From a bacterium (GTDB lineage: Bacteria > JAJRZV01), in NCBI GenBank assembly GCA_024275095.1, contig JAJRZV010000117.1:1-62912 (forward strand): a stretch of 62,912 bases of DNA, written 5' to 3'. Below the pieces are notes generated by a model. It was not told the origin of the DNA. It saw only the letters and a list, made by a program, of their open reading frames with translations, and did no database searches. Positions within the stretch are counted from its first letter, which is position 1. Every line of letters starts with the position of its first letter. The translations under genes and the position numbers were made by a program. Positions 46,746 to 55,833 of the stretch are shown here, piece after piece.

Positions 46746-47503
46746 AAGTCAAAGAAGGTGATAGGGTGTTGCTTTTGGTGAAAGGGAAAGAGTACCTGGT
46801 GGAAGTGTCAGACCGGAGTTTTGGAACCAATCAGGGCATGTTTGAACTGAAAGATGCTATTTCAAAGGAATACGGTAGTTACATCGTATCTTCCACGGGT
46901 GTTAGAGGATACCTGCTGCGTCCAACGCTTTACGATTTGATGATGAAGATTAAGCGGCAAACCCAGATTGTATACCCCAAGGATGCGGGATACATACTTT
47001 TGCGTCTGGGTATCGGCCCGGGGATGCGTGTGCTTGAATGCGGATGTGGTTCGGGTTCTCTGACAATGGCATTTGCTTTTGCAGTAGGTGATACGGGGAA
47101 AGTTTACTCTTACGATGAGCGCGATGAATTTATAACACTCGCGAAAGAGAATCTGGCGCGAGCAAGACTCCATCATCGTGTGGAATTCAAGTGTCGCCGT
47201 GCACAGGATGGTTTTGATGAAAAAGATGTGAATGCAGTGTTTTTGGATCTGCCTGAACCTTGGGTGGCTATCCAATCAGCCTGGCAAAGTCTTGCTGGAG
47301 GTGGCGTTCTGGGGACACTTTCTCCAACGTACAACCAGATAGAACGTACGGTAGAAACTCTTATGCAGGGGGGATTTGAAATTATCGAGACTGTAGAAAT
47401 ACTGGTGAGAGAGATCCTTGCCAGACCAGGAAAGACTCGTCCGCGTGAACGCATGGTCAGCCATACGGCGTTTTTGATGTTTGCGAGAAAGGTGAATGAA
47501 TAG
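46730..47503 (+). CDS. trmI: tRNA (adenine58-N1)-methyltransferase TrmI/Gcd14 family
   Basis: SAM motif VLECGCGSGSLT and the Gcd14-like pattern. The start is GTG at 46730 or GTG at 46742 (GTGA overlap with the upstream stop). Confidence 0.75.
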   Translation: MGGTVKVKEGDRVLLLVKGKEYLVEVSDRSFGTNQGMFELKDAISKEYGSYIVSSTGVRGYLLRPTLYDLMMKIKRQTQIVYPKDAGYILLRLGIGPGMRVLECGCGSGSLTMAFAFAVGDTGKVYSYDERDEFITLAKENLARARLHHRVEFKCRRAQDGFDEKDVNAVFLDLPEPWVAIQSAWQSLAGGGVLGTLSPTYNQIERTVETLMQGGFEIIETVEILVREILARPGKTRPRERMVSHTAFLMFARKVNE

Positions 47504-47574
47504 CAGAGAGAGGACCAAGATGTTTTCTGCTTTCAAGTGTTTTTAGCTCCTGCTTTACCACTCTCTCGACAGAG

Positions 47575-47605
47575 CGAATGTTCAATGTTGAGACCAGACC
47601 CCGGA
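47575..47605 (-). repeat. dispersed repeat, copy F (short)
   Basis: The minus strand reads TCCGGGGTCTGGTCTCAACATTGAACATTCG. Its outer end lies 4 nt from the -35 box of the tRNA-Glu promoter. Confidence 0.9.
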
Positions 47606-47609
47606 GGGG

Positions 47610-47638
47610 TTGACTATTCGTGGGGGGGCCGGTATAAA
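47610..47638 (+). promoter_or_regulatory. sigma-70-type promoter of tRNA-Glu
   Basis: TTGACT (47610-47615), a 17-nt spacer and TATAAA (47633-47638), about 30 nt upstream of the tRNA 5' end. Confidence 0.6.
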
Positions 47639-47669
47639 TAAAGTCGCCCTGGAGGTGGTCCCTGGAGGT

Positions 47670-47747
47670 GGTCCCATCGTCTAGCCAGGTCCAGGACGCC
47701 GGATTCTCACTTCGGTAACCCGGGTTCAAATCCCGGTGGGACCACCA
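47670..47747 (+). tRNA. tRNA-Glu (anticodon CTC)
   Basis: GGTCCCATCGTCTAGCCAGGTCCAGGAC..CCGGATTCTCACTTCGG..CCGGGTTCAAATCCCGGTGGGACCACCA. The cloverleaf folds, and CCA is encoded. Confidence 0.9.
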
Positions 47748-47973
47748 GTTCCACATTAAGAACTCTTCTCTTGTTTGCTTTGTTTGTTTTAGAGCTACAG
47801 CCTCATGCTCAAGTAATTTGTCAGGTAATGTTCAATTTCACTCCGTCCTTTTGCACAGATGATGCACATTAACTTCCAGTCTCACAACTGGAAACTGCAA
47901 TTCATTTTCCATTGTGATTTATCTTCCCTTTTGCCATGATATGTGTTCATCAAGTTTTTGGTGGAGGAAAAAA

Positions 47974-48450
47974 ATGAGCAAACTGGATGTTGCCGTTATC
48001 ATGGGTTCCATCTCAGACAGTGAGTTTCTTAAGCCCTGCACTGACACGCTGCGTGAATTGGGTATTTCGTATGAGTTAAAAGTACTTTCTGCCCACAGAG
48101 ACCCGGATCGTCTCCTCAAGTACGTAAAAGAAGCTGAAGAAAAGGGTGTACAGGTTTTTATCGCCGCTGCAGGAGGAGCAGCTCACCTTCCCGGCGTGAT
48201 AGCATCACACACATTAAAGCCGGTTATAGGGGTACCTGTGCCCTCAAGTTTTCTTTCCGGGCTTGATTCGCTTCTGTCCATTGTCCAGATGCCGTCAGGT
48301 ATTCCCGTGGCAACGGTAGCAGTAGGTAAAGCCGGGCCTGTAAATGCAGCGGTTCTTGCCTGTCGTATATTGAGTTTGAAAAGGAAGGGTTTATATTCTT
48401 CTCTTACGCAGTTTATGAAAAAGCTCGCTGACAGGAGCAGAGGCGGGTAA
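47974..48450 (+). CDS. purE: N5-carboxyaminoimidazole ribonucleotide mutase
   Basis: ATG at 47974 with RBS GGAGGA. Motifs VAVIMGSISD, SAHR and AAGGAAHLPGV. Confidence 0.9.
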   Translation: MSKLDVAVIMGSISDSEFLKPCTDTLRELGISYELKVLSAHRDPDRLLKYVKEAEEKGVQVFIAAAGGAAHLPGVIASHTLKPVIGVPVPSSFLSGLDSLLSIVQMPSGIPVATVAVGKAGPVNAAVLACRILSLKRKGLYSSLTQFMKKLADRSRGG

Positions 48451-48461
48451 ACCAGAACCCG

Positions 48462-48492
48462 GGGGTAGGTTATTACCCCGACATTTTTATTA
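48462..48492 (+). terminator. candidate intrinsic terminator after purE
   Basis: GGGGTA-ggttat-TACCCC hairpin followed by gacaTTTTTATTAT. The stem is short and 4 nt separate it from the T run. Confidence 0.45.
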
Positions 48493-48553
48493 TCCGTTCA
48501 ATGAATTCTCCCTGAAATTCAATAAAAAAATACCTTCTGTCACCGAATCTTCG

Positions 48554-48569
48554 TGGCATGGCTCTTGCT
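48554..48569 (+). promoter_or_regulatory. sigma-54 (-24/-12) promoter
   Basis: TGGCAT-ggctc-TTGCT has the canonical GG-N10-GC spacing. It lies about 35 nt upstream of the ATG at 48603, the first gene of the signalling operon that ends with an NtrC-type activator. Confidence 0.65.
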
Positions 48570-48602
48570 CATCCTATAGTTACGAATCCAGGGAGGTGGG
48601 TG

Positions 48603-49814
48603 ATGAGAGAGGGGAGACCGCGCATAGAGAAGATAAGAATTCTGCTCGTGGATGATGAGGAAATGGTTTGCAGATCGTTTAAAAGGATTATCTCCAGTGA
48701 CGATGTAGAGGTGGAGGTGTTTCAGGATCCGGTAAAGGCTCTTCGTGCGCTGGAAGGGGGGAAGGTTTTTGACATTGTGATTGCTGATTTCAAAATGGAC
48801 AACATGAACGGGGTGGAATTTTTAGAGCATGTGAGAGACCTTCTTCCTGATGCTGTGCGCATGATTATTACGGGATACATGGATATGCAGATTGCAGCAG
48901 ATGCTGTGAATAAAGTGGGCGTTTACAAGATTATTCTCAAGCCATGGAAAATTGACGAATTGAAGTCAATTATTAACGAGGCTGTGGCACTTGTACACAT
49001 GACACGGCTCTCGCGCAATGCGGCTGACTGTGCCATGGGCCGAGAGGAGGCCGTCAAAAAGGTGAGGGATCATCTCGATTATGTGAAAAGTGCAGGAATA
49101 CTGGATAGTCTGGCCAGGAAAATGCACAGTGACCATGTTGTGAAAGAGACGGCATTGGCAGCCCTGAAAAGCATTGTGACGGCTTTCGAACTGCGGGATG
49201 CTGAAACTGTCGGTCACTCATTTCAGGTGGCAAAACTCACGCGTACCATTGCCGAAAAGGCAGAATACCCGAGTGAACACCTTGATGGATTGGAAGTTGC
49301 GGCTTTGCTGCACGATATAGGGAAAATCTCGATACCCGAGAACATCCTTTTGAAAAAGGGAAAGCTCACCCCTGAAGAATACAATGAAATGAAAAAGCAC
49401 CCACTTTACGGAGCGCGCATCGTGGAAGGGCTTGAATGGCCACCCATGCTGCGGCAGGTCATACTTGAACACCACGAGTGGTACAACGGTAATGGCTATC
49501 CTTTTGGCTTGAGCGGGGAAGAGATCAGCCTGGAAGGCCGCATCGTGATGATCGCTGATACCATTTCGGCCATGCTCCAGCAGCGAAGCTATCGAACTCC
49601 CCGCACGCTCGAGGATGTGCGCAGGGAATTGCTCGACAAGTCCGGTATTCAATTTGATCCCCACCTTGCACGGGTTGCACTTCGCATACTCGACGAGATG
49701 GGAGAGGACGGGTACCGCCAGGTTGTGGAACAGGCTCGGGAGGCCGGAAAGATTATATATCTCGGAAATTTCAGGGAGGGCGACCATGAAGGATTTAACA
49801 AGGCACAGGCATAA
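48603..49814 (+). CDS. response regulator with HD-GYP domain (c-di-GMP phosphodiesterase type)
   Basis: ATG at 48603 with RBS GGGAGGTGGG. Receiver domain (LLVDDEE.., IADFKMDNMNG). HD (LLHDIGK) and GYP (HHEWYNGNGYPFG) motifs. Confidence 0.85.
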   Translation: MREGRPRIEKIRILLVDDEEMVCRSFKRIISSDDVEVEVFQDPVKALRALEGGKVFDIVIADFKMDNMNGVEFLEHVRDLLPDAVRMIITGYMDMQIAADAVNKVGVYKIILKPWKIDELKSIINEAVALVHMTRLSRNAADCAMGREEAVKKVRDHLDYVKSAGILDSLARKMHSDHVVKETALAALKSIVTAFELRDAETVGHSFQVAKLTRTIAEKAEYPSEHLDGLEVAALLHDIGKISIPENILLKKGKLTPEEYNEMKKHPLYGARIVEGLEWPPMLRQVILEHHEWYNGNGYPFGLSGEEISLEGRIVMIADTISAMLQQRSYRTPRTLEDVRRELLDKSGIQFDPHLARVALRILDEMGEDGYRQVVEQAREAGKIIYLGNFREGDHEGFNKAQA

Positions 49815-50322
49815 AGTTTTAGTTACAGATGATGAAGAATACGTGCGCAACACCATCAAACGGGCATTGCGAGCCATTGAGGATTGTGTAATTGTTACAG
49901 CTTCCAACTCTACCGAGGCCAGGCGCATTCTTGAAACGCAGGATGATGTGGAGGTGTTGATCTCCGACCAGAAAATGCCCGGCGACTCGGGCGTGGACCT
50001 TCTTTCCTGGGTGAAGTTGAACCGTCCCGACGTAGTGACCATTATGCTTACCGGGTACGCGGATCTTGAGACAGCCATGAAAGCGATCAACGAGGGCCAG
50101 GTGTTCAAGTTCCTTACAAAACCCTGGGAAAAGGACAACCTCGTGGATGTCGTATCGCAGGCCATCGATGTGTATCACAAAATGAAGGAAGCGAAACGCC
50201 TGCTTAAAGAGCGGAACGAGGAAGCGCGTCGCATTATCGAGGAACTGGAAGCAACTTATCCAGGCATAACGAAGGTGGAGAGGGACGAAGCCGGTCGTAT
50301 TATTCTGGACGGAGTGGAGTAA
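49786..50322 (+). CDS. single-domain response regulator with C-terminal helical extension
   Basis: ATG at 49786 with RBS GGGAGGG. Motifs VLVTDDEE, ISDQKMPGDSG and FLTKPW. It overlaps the upstream gene by 29 nt. Confidence 0.8.
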   Translation: MKDLTRHRHKVLVTDDEEYVRNTIKRALRAIEDCVIVTASNSTEARRILETQDDVEVLISDQKMPGDSGVDLLSWVKLNRPDVVTIMLTGYADLETAMKAINEGQVFKFLTKPWEKDNLVDVVSQAIDVYHKMKEAKRLLKERNEEARRIIEELEATYPGITKVERDEAGRIILDGVE

Positions 50323-50324
50323 GA

Positions 50325-52133
50325 ATGTCCTTGGCTCTCATGTCACATGCAACAGGTCGTGTGCTTGTTATAGATGATGATGCTACTTCTTTGCGCATGA
50401 TTTTTGATGCTCTCACTTCTGCAGGTTATGAGGTTTTTACGGCCCAATCGGGCAGGAGTGCTCTCGAGGTGCTTAAAACAGCATCTCCAGATGTGGCTGT
50501 CGTGGATTTGATCCTCCCTGATACGGATGGTATATCCCTGATGAAAAGCCTTTTGGAACATCACAGCCGCATGAAGTATGTGGTGATCTCAGCTTATGCA
50601 AATATGGACGCTGCTATCCAGGCCCTTCGATATCATGCCACGGATTTTCTCAAAAAGCCGTTTTCCAGGGAAGAACTTCTCCATTCCGTAGAGCAGGCCA
50701 TGCACATGCAACGCATGGAAGAAGAAAGAGAACTTCTGATCAGTCACCTGGAAAATCGCCTGCAACGCCTGGATGTAATCCATGATGTTATTACATCCAT
50801 TACCGCCACCATGGAGCGGAAGGAACTTTTACGCAATATCATGCAAAGGGTCAGGGAATTTTTACAGGTGGACGGGTGCAGCCTGTTTTTTTACGACGAA
50901 GAAAGCGACGAACTTTATTTCGAGGAAATTCTCGGTGGCGGTGGAGACAAACTCAAGGAAATTCGGCTGAAAATGGGCCAGGGCGTCGTGGGCTATGCAG
51001 CACAGAAAAGGTGTGCAGTCGTTGTCAATGACGCTTACAACGACGAGCGTTTCTGCAGCGATGTGGATAAAAAGGTGGGATACCACACCAGGAACATGAT
51101 GGCTGCACCTCTCATTTTTGGCGGGCGCCTTCTGGGAGTCATCGAGGTGGTCAACAAGATCGGTGACAGGGGCTTTGACCAGGAAGACATACGGTTCCTG
51201 GAAATCCTTGCCAAACACATTACAGTTGCCATTCATAATGCCCAGGTGGCGGAAGAACTCGAAAGGGCCAGGCGCTTTGAGGAACTGAAAAAAGAAGAAC
51301 TCAAGAAAGTTCTTGAGGAAAAGGTCCGAGAGATTGAAGAAATCCACAGGAACATGATGCAAACGGAAAAGCTGGCTTCACTGGGAGAATTCACCGCAGG
51401 GATCGCCCATGAAATTAACAATCCGATCAGTTTCGTCTCTGGTAACGCTGAGGTGCTTCTCGATTACATCAGGGACCTGAAAACTGCTTTCGCAAAAATA
51501 CTCGAGGTATGCGTTGATCATCCAGATGCTCAAAAAACGACCCGCCGGGTTTATTCCCTGCTGAATGACCTGGACGAGATTGCGGTCGAGATGAGGGAGG
51601 GGGCCAGGCGTGTCGTTGATATCGTGAATAATTTAAAGCGGTTCGCACATGAAAACACCGAAGATAGAAGACCCATCACCATACGCGAAGCATTATCGCT
51701 TGCAGAAAGAATCCTTCATACAAAGCTTTCGTCTCCGGGTATTTATTACACATCACGTGTGGACCCCTCATTAAGAGTGAAAGGCAATGAGTCACAGTTG
51801 ACCCAGATGTTTGTTAATCTTTTGTCCAATGCTGTTGATGCAGTAAGAGAGAAGGAAAATGGGAAAATTTCTGTAGAAGCATACAGGGACGGTTCATATG
51901 TTGTTATTTATGTTCGCGATACAGGATGTGGCATTTCCAGGGAAAAATTGAATCGCATTTTCGATCCATTTTTTACGACCAAGCCCCCTGGAAAGGGTAC
52001 AGGTCTTGGCCTGTCCATTACGTACCGCATAGTAAAAGACCACGGAGGAGACATTACCGTGGAAAGCGAAGTCGGGAGGGGGACAACTTTCTGCGTGCGA
52101 TTGCCTGCTCTGGAGGAAACACTGGAGGTTTGA
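50325..52133 (+). CDS. hybrid sensor histidine kinase (REC-GAF-HisKA-HATPase)
   Basis: 602 aa. N-terminal receiver (VIDDD.., VVDLILPDTDG). GAF segment. H-box GIAHEINNPISF. N and G boxes (NLLSNAVDA, DTGCGI, GTGLGLSI). Confidence 0.85.
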   Translation: MSLALMSHATGRVLVIDDDATSLRMIFDALTSAGYEVFTAQSGRSALEVLKTASPDVAVVDLILPDTDGISLMKSLLEHHSRMKYVVISAYANMDAAIQALRYHATDFLKKPFSREELLHSVEQAMHMQRMEEERELLISHLENRLQRLDVIHDVITSITATMERKELLRNIMQRVREFLQVDGCSLFFYDEESDELYFEEILGGGGDKLKEIRLKMGQGVVGYAAQKRCAVVVNDAYNDERFCSDVDKKVGYHTRNMMAAPLIFGGRLLGVIEVVNKIGDRGFDQEDIRFLEILAKHITVAIHNAQVAEELERARRFEELKKEELKKVLEEKVREIEEIHRNMMQTEKLASLGEFTAGIAHEINNPISFVSGNAEVLLDYIRDLKTAFAKILEVCVDHPDAQKTTRRVYSLLNDLDEIAVEMREGARRVVDIVNNLKRFAHENTEDRRPITIREALSLAERILHTKLSSPGIYYTSRVDPSLRVKGNESQLTQMFVNLLSNAVDAVREKENGKISVEAYRDGSYVVIYVRDTGCGISREKLNRIFDPFFTTKPPGKGTGLGLSITYRIVKDHGGDITVESEVGRGTTFCVRLPALEETLEV

Positions 52134-52137
52134 GTAA

Positions 52138-54114
52138 ATGGCTAATCGTAGCAGTTCAGCAGGAATAGAGATCATCCGGGTGGAACAGGAAAAGGGTCCT
52201 GTGGTTGTCGCGGTATCACCGTCGCTTTTACCCCAGATAAAGGCGTGGACAGAAGAAGTGCATGAAAATGTGAAACTTGTGCCACTGAATGAGTTGAGTG
52301 AAGTGGTGAAAGAAGGGCGCACGCCTCCTGCAGTTGTGTTGTGCCTTGAAACGTGGAAGGAGGCGGAACAACTGGCAGAAGTGATAATAAAACTTTCCGA
52401 GCATGGATGCGTGCGCATACTCACCCGTTCGGGCTGGGTGGTTGGCCCGGATGAATACTCTGTATATGAGAAGTTGCAGCGGGCTTTCGGGATAGAATCG
52501 ACTTCCACACCTCTCAACCGCCAGTCTTTTCTGGAAGCTATTACAAAACCCCTTTTCCACTGCACTGCCTGGACCCAGTACATTCCCCCTGAGAATGCCG
52601 CGAATCTGGTGCATCTCATACAGCTAATCAACGTAACGGACTTTATAAGTGATGTGCTTCCATCACTTACCCGCTCGGCATGCCAGTTTTTCGGTGGAGA
52701 TTCAGCATCTTTCATGCTCTACGATTCTGTCAGGCACAAACTAAAACTCATTGCAACGTACGGTTCAGGCTACGGTGATTTTCTGGGAAAAACCGAGGAA
52801 CCCGGTCGAGGTGCCGCGGGCTGGGCCTTTGAAAAAGGAAGCGTACTGGTCATCCGCAGGTCACCTGTGGAGATCCAGGAGAAGTTTCGATCACCGGTGA
52901 GGGAAGACCTCTCGTGGTCGGTGGTTATACCTGTTGTGTACAAGGACAAAAAGTACGGAGTACTCAACATACATAGCCATGAAGGGGATCCCCCCTCCTT
53001 CGCGTCTGAAGGGGCGCGGTTACTCTCGCATATTTTGGGACACGCGTTTCAGGACGAGGAACGGTCACGTTTCCAGGCTTTGCTCACCGGTATGGCCCGA
53101 ACCCTTCCGAGAGGCATCATTATGTTCTCCAGAAAGGGTGATGTGGAATTTGTCAACGACAATGCACTTGAACTACTCTCACGGTACGCGTTCCCGCGCA
53201 GGGAAATTGCCGAGGGAACTCGCGCCCCTGAACTTCTTTCCGTACTTCTTTCCTTCAGCCGTGAGGAAGGAGCGGCCAGGATTTTTACGCGCGATGGCCT
53301 GTCGGAGGGCTACATAAGCGTGATGATGATTCCCTATCAGTATGGAAACAGCTGGTATTTCATAGCCGTGCTCAATGATCTCACCGACATTGTGGAGGGA
53401 TTGAACAAGGACAAGATTACAAAGGTTATTGAATCAGCCAAGGAGTCACTTGCGGCAATTCAGCATCATATCAACAACCCACTCTGTTACGTGAGTGCAA
53501 ACATTGAATATTTGAAAACGCTGATGCAGAGTCTCGATGACAGCGAGATCTCCGAAGGGCACAAAAGGGAAATATTGAAAGAGTGTCGTGCCATTGTTGA
53601 AGAGGCCTACGATGGTGTTGCAAGACTCACCCGGTTCATGAAAGAAATTTCTCTGTTTTTGAATCCCACCTTACTCGATAAAACCGAAGTGGACATCAGA
53701 GAGATGCTCCTGGAGCTTGTTGAAGAAGTAGAGTCCAAGAATCTCATGCTTTCCTGGGAAAATGGAGATTTTAAAGTTTGTGGCAATCCAAGGTCGCTTA
53801 GAGAGATGTTCAAGGCAGTGATAGACAACGCGTTGCAGGTAGCAAAAGGTGATTCCACTGTACAGGTAAAAATCGTGCCTGCCAGAGACAAGGTTTCGGT
53901 AATGATTTCAGATGAAGGCCCGGGAATGAGCGAAGAGGAAAAGGCTAAAAGCTACTTTCCCTTTTTTACCACCCATTCGGACAAGGAACATTTCGGGCTC
54001 GGCCTGTCAAAAGTGTATGATATACTCAACATGCATGGAGGATGGCTCGATATAAGGTCCAGGCGCGGTGAAGGCACCGTGGTGGTTATACAGCTACCAA
54101 GGAGCCCTAAGTGA
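52138..54114 (+). CDS. sensor histidine kinase (unassigned N-domain, GAF, PAS-like, HisKA-like, HATPase)
   Basis: 658 aa with RBS GGAGG. H-box-like IQHHINNPLCYV and the ATPase boxes DNALQVA, DEGPGM and GLGLSKV. Confidence 0.75.
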   Translation: MANRSSSAGIEIIRVEQEKGPVVVAVSPSLLPQIKAWTEEVHENVKLVPLNELSEVVKEGRTPPAVVLCLETWKEAEQLAEVIIKLSEHGCVRILTRSGWVVGPDEYSVYEKLQRAFGIESTSTPLNRQSFLEAITKPLFHCTAWTQYIPPENAANLVHLIQLINVTDFISDVLPSLTRSACQFFGGDSASFMLYDSVRHKLKLIATYGSGYGDFLGKTEEPGRGAAGWAFEKGSVLVIRRSPVEIQEKFRSPVREDLSWSVVIPVVYKDKKYGVLNIHSHEGDPPSFASEGARLLSHILGHAFQDEERSRFQALLTGMARTLPRGIIMFSRKGDVEFVNDNALELLSRYAFPRREIAEGTRAPELLSVLLSFSREEGAARIFTRDGLSEGYISVMMIPYQYGNSWYFIAVLNDLTDIVEGLNKDKITKVIESAKESLAAIQHHINNPLCYVSANIEYLKTLMQSLDDSEISEGHKREILKECRAIVEEAYDGVARLTRFMKEISLFLNPTLLDKTEVDIREMLLELVEEVESKNLMLSWENGDFKVCGNPRSLREMFKAVIDNALQVAKGDSTVQVKIVPARDKVSVMISDEGPGMSEEEKAKSYFPFFTTHSDKEHFGLGLSKVYDILNMHGGWLDIRSRRGEGTVVVIQLPRSPK

Positions 54115-55499
54115 AATCGTCCGTGCGTGTGCTTATTGTTGATGATGAGGATTTCATAAGGAAATCTTTTGTTCGGATATTAAAAAGGGACGAGTATGAA
54201 ATACTCGAGGCAGGTTCGCTTGAAGAGGCTAAAAATGTATTTGTTCGTGAAAATCCGGATGTTGTACTTCTGGATGTAAAGCTCCCGGACGGGGACGGAA
54301 TCGAATTTCTCGAACGCTTGAAATCCTCGGGTTCAAGCGCGGAAGTCATAATTGTAACAGGATATGGGACCGTAGAGATGGCCGTTGAAGCAGTCAAAAA
54401 GGGTGCGTTTGATTTTCTGACAAAGCCTATAGAACCTGTGGAAAAATTACGTGTCGCCGTAATGAGGGCGGTGGAAAGAAAGAAATCGCGGGAACGCATT
54501 GCTTATCTTGAGGATGTCCTGGGTAAGGAAAGTGCTTTTTCGCGCATTATCGGGCGCACGACAGAAATGAAAGAAGTATTCAACCTCATTGAATCTGTTG
54601 CTCCGGCAGAAGCGTCGATTTTGATATACGGTGAAAGCGGTACAGGAAAGGAACTTGTCGCGAGAGCCATTCATGACCTGAGTCGTCGTAAAAACGGTCC
54701 TTTTATCACGGTTAATTGTTCGGCTCTTACAGAAACCCTCATAGAGAGTGAGCTTTTTGGGCATGAAAAAGGTGCTTTCACCGGTGCCATTACTTCTCGC
54801 CGTGGTATGTTTGAAGAAGCTGATGGTGGGACGATCTTCTTGGACGAAATAGGAGACTTGCCATCCAGTCTCCAGCCCAAGCTACTTCGTGTGCTCCAGA
54901 ATGGAGAGGTAAGGCGTGTGGGAGGATCCCGTGTGTTTCACGTGGATGTGCGTGTTATTGCTGCTACCAACAGAGACTTAAAGAAAGCAATGGAAGAGGG
55001 GAGCTTCCGGGAAGACCTGTATTATCGCCTCTCCGTCGTGACCATTCATTTGCCGCCGCTGAGGGAAAGACGTGACGACATCCCACTGCTTGCTAACTAC
55101 TTTGTAAAAAAATATGCAGAAAAGAACAATAAGAACATCCACGGAATCAGTGACGTTGCCATGAAAATGCTAATGGCGTACCGCTGGCCAGGTAACGTAA
55201 GGGAGCTTGAGAATGTAATTGAGCGAGCGGTAATTATTGAAAAGGAGGAAGAGATCACTCCCGGTTCCCTTCCCCATGAGCTCACGCTTAACTTTGACAT
55301 TGAACAGGAAGAAAGCACGGATGCTCTTCTTCAGCTTCCCTATCAGAAAGCAAAAGAAGTGTTTACGGCAGCTTTTGAACGAAAGTATTTTGAGGGTTTA
55401 CTCAAAAAAACAGAAGGTAATGTCACCCGGGCGGCAAAACTTGCCGGCATGGACAGAAGCAACTTCAGAAAAATCCTTAAACGCATCGGCCTGAAATAA
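54111..55499 (+). CDS. sigma-54-dependent response regulator (NtrC family)
   Basis: GTG start in a GTGA overlap, RBS AAGGAG. Receiver (LLDVKLPDGDG). AAA+ domain with GESGTGKE and GAFTGA. C-terminal Fis-type HTH (NVTRAAKLAGMDRSNFRKILKR). Confidence 0.9.
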   Translation: MKSSVRVLIVDDEDFIRKSFVRILKRDEYEILEAGSLEEAKNVFVRENPDVVLLDVKLPDGDGIEFLERLKSSGSSAEVIIVTGYGTVEMAVEAVKKGAFDFLTKPIEPVEKLRVAVMRAVERKKSRERIAYLEDVLGKESAFSRIIGRTTEMKEVFNLIESVAPAEASILIYGESGTGKELVARAIHDLSRRKNGPFITVNCSALTETLIESELFGHEKGAFTGAITSRRGMFEEADGGTIFLDEIGDLPSSLQPKLLRVLQNGEVRRVGGSRVFHVDVRVIAATNRDLKKAMEEGSFREDLYYRLSVVTIHLPPLRERRDDIPLLANYFVKKYAEKNNKNIHGISDVAMKMLMAYRWPGNVRELENVIERAVIIEKEEEITPGSLPHELTLNFDIEQEESTDALLQLPYQKAKEVFTAAFERKYFEGLLKKTEGNVTRAAKLAGMDRSNFRKILKRIGLK

Positions 55500-55502
55500 C
55501 CC

Positions 55503-55533
55503 TCCGGGGTCTGGTCTCAACATTTGACATTCG
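55503..55533 (+). repeat. dispersed repeat, copy G (short)
   Basis: TCCGGGGTCTGGTCTCAACATTTGACATTCG, 3 nt after the ntrC-like stop. It is flanked by CCTCCGG at 55501-55507 and 55535-55541. Confidence 0.9.
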
Positions 55534-55833
55534 ACCTCCGGAGGTTAAGCTTTCCATCGTGGAGATTGATTTGTTCACCTTGGTTGTCTGTAATGACGAA
55601 GAAATAGGGTGATCGTAAGTTTCAAGGTTTGTGCAGTAGTGTTTTTGCTTTGTTCTTTATGACTCGATATTGTTTTGCCAAGAGTGCGAGCGTTTATAAG
55701 AAACTTCGTCTGAAACGTTCTCTTTATACCTTATTTTATTCACTGTTGAGAGTCGAAACCGGAAGGTTGTGCTTTCTCGTTGACACATGAAAGTTTAGAT
55801 GGCAGTCTTTCAATTAATTTGTGGGTGGGGGAT

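Noticed and set aside
47457-47756. 99-aa minus-strand ORF
   Set aside because: It runs antisense across tRNA-Glu, its promoter and repeat copy F. It is an artefact of a stop-free stretch.
49218-50165. 315-aa minus-strand ORF. Similar long antisense ORFs are at 45591-46385, 51894-52715, 60891-61796, 43110-43757, 33979-34719, 10794-11459, 56071-56703 and 9654-10184.
   Set aside because: All are shadow ORFs opposite well-supported genes with clear family motifs. Their products are low-complexity or Arg/Ser/Pro-rich and have no motifs.
55740-55833. A possible second sigma-54 promoter (TGGCAGtctttcAATTA) upstream of the RND/MMPL exporter
   Set aside because: The -12 element lacks the GC dinucleotide at the required spacing. 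A TTGACA box nearby has no matching -10. The evidence is insufficient to call either.
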